A DNA stretch of 64,000 nucleotides from Eledone cirrhosa. Lineage: Eukaryota. Both the position numbers and the translations under genes were made by a program. Numbering within the stretch: position 1 is the first letter of the stretch; every line of letters starts with the position of its first letter. Shown piece after piece: positions 62,006-64,000 of this stretch. A model generated the notes under the pieces. It searched no databases and was not told the DNA's origin. It saw only the letters and a list, made by a program, of their open reading frames with translations. The stretch lies in NCBI GenBank assembly GCA_964016885.1, contig OZ024752.1:15748001-15812000 (forward strand). Direction: 5' to 3'.

Positions 62006-63089
62006 CTGTATGTTATCATAATAATAAGGACAACACCTGCTTTGTAATTTCAATATCGAATACATTCATTCTTAAAAATACATACGAGAACAAAATCTTT
62101 ACAACTACAACTCAGCATTGCTCCTCCAGTTAGACAGACTCAGACAGACTGTGGAAGCGTTCAATCGGGTTTGTGACCCCATGAGCAGACTGCCTCGCTG
62201 TCGCATCAGTCACAACGGAGGAACGTTTTCCCCGGGGCACAGCAAGGGAATCACGTTGGAATAGCCCAAGCGAACAAATATACATCAACACATTTGTTGA
62301 GTGTTTTAGAAACAGAAGCCACTTGTCCTGAAAATCGTACTTTGACATTTTAAACTTAGGGTGGGTGTATTCTTTGGTACACTATCGTTGAATCAAAAAC
62401 GAGATTACGCATATATAGAAGAGTTTTGTTGAGTATGAGTTGGTATCATTTGGTGTGGTTCGCCTGATGTATATGATATATCAGTGATCAGTTCCAGGCT
62501 TCACCACGAGGAGGTCAACAGATCTGAGAATCATATGGATCGGGTCCAGTATATATCTGTTCATGTTAACGTTTAGAGCGGGTCTCTTTATCGGAATAAT
62601 CATTGAGGGATCGATTACAGAAACATTATCTGAACATTGGTCTGATGTGTTTTATTTTCCCAAAGGTACCATAATCACTGTTATCTGTTTTACGTTTCGT
62701 TTTACTATATAAACCAACATCCTGGACTTATATCTTAGTCTCTCTCCATCTCCCTCCCTTTCCGTCTATCTCACTTAGCTAATTGTTGATATTTGCCTTC
62801 ATTATTTAACCATAAATATAATTTTTATAAGAAGCATAGTAAACACAACTCACACAAATTCACTGTTAAACACTTATTTGTAAAACCAGTATGAGGTGGA
62901 TCGGTTTATTTGCATGGGTTGCTGCTGGAGAAGGCCCTCTTCAGTCATGGCGGACCATGGGTTCGTACGTAGAAAGTTCCTCTCTGAGTCACAAGAGTTT
63001 GTGGAAGACCAGTAATTACCTTTATGCCTGAGTGTTACTTCTACACGCCACTGCAGGGAAAGGCAAATGCCGATACAGCATGGCACCAG

Positions 63090-63235
63090 TGACGTCGCAA
63101 CTCACCTTTTACATCTGAATAAACTTGAGCTATAGGGAATAAAATATCTTGCTCATGGTCACAATGCATCACTCAGTCAGGGATCGAACTCCAAAGATAA
63201 CGATTGAGAGAGCAACATTGTAACCTGTAAGCCAA
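63090..63235 (-). mobile_element. CORE-like SINE fragment
   Basis: aataaaatatcttgctcatggtcacaatgcatc..cagggatcgaactc. Confidence 0.65.
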
Positions 63236-63446
63236 GTCAGCTTTAATGACACCAATAAAGGAATCTATAATCAGTCACTGAATTAAGAGGTATTCGATAG
63301 TGTGCGCCGAAACCTTATTTGTTACTCTCCGAGAAGAATTTCTAGCTTGTTGAATTCTGCGATAATTGAGTGTATGTTGCCACTGCTATGATAAATCACG
63401 AGATTTCCAGGTGAGATCGTACATAACCCTAACCATTACTTTGCCA

Positions 63447-63563
63447 TACTGAGTTCAAATCCCGCCGAGGTTAACGTTGCCTTTCATCCTTAAGGGGTCG
63501 ATAAAATAAAGTACCAGTAATGTACTGGGTAATTGCTGGCCTTGTGCTAAAAGTAGAAACAAT
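63447..63563 (+). mobile_element. tRNA-SINE, 5'-truncated
   Basis: gagttcaaatcccgccgagg..gcctttcatccttaaggggtcgataaaataaagtaccag. Confidence 0.9.
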
Positions 63564-63829
63564 TACTTTATAAGAGATCATTATCTTGTTTTCATCTCCT
63601 TTTCGTGTTGAAACGTTAGCTTACGATGTGAACGAACATTAAAATGTATTAAAACTGTTTCACATAAACCGCGAAGAGAGAGGATTTCAATAGAGATAAC
63701 CAAACAGCTGTATACTCACTCACACACACACACGCACACACGCACACACACATACATACACACATACACACACACCCACATACACATACACACATACACA
63801 TATACACACACACACACATGTTTGTATGT

Positions 63830-63872
<43 letters not shown>

Positions 63873-64000
63873 AGCACTCAGTCGTAGGGACGAGCGATGA
63901 TATACAAAATAAACTTAACTTCACATTTTCATCTTTCGAGTACGTGCGTTCGAGTACGCAGCGCATCAGTCCGACGTCTACGAAATGGAAGTTGTTATAT

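Noticed and set aside
62130-62348. 72-aa ORF in higher-GC unique sequence, possible host exon
   Set aside because: No recognisable motif or partner exons; cannot be excluded without RNA-seq or BLASTX

Overview
Eukaryotic, very AT-rich repeat-dominated DNA with no recognisable host protein-coding exon. The SINE types and microsatellite load suggest a cephalopod such as octopus (inference). Almost all ORFs in the supplied track are artefacts of (TA)n/(CA)n/(TG)n/(GA)n repeats. Real content: (1) multi-kb (TA)n fields; (2) five 5'-truncated R4/Dong-type RLE LINEs, each bounded by (TAA)n; (3) Tx1/L1-type pieces, one apparently an ORF1-only derivative; (4) RTE and CR1/L2 relics, two tRNA-derived SINE families, hAT- and piggyBac-like MITEs and a Helitron-like end. 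The main hidden system is about 18 type I hammerhead ribozyme motifs (intact, variant or decayed) from about 8 unrelated small non-coding families. They sit at (TA)n edges in fold-back 'inverted arm + body + tail' or tandem units. This is the architecture of Penelope-like (PLE) pseudo-LTRs/retrozymes, and a decayed PLE reverse transcriptase lies at 47.5 kb. Variants include a U3-A8 compensated core and a U4C core. All folding and alignment was done by eye, so coordinates are approximate to a few bp.
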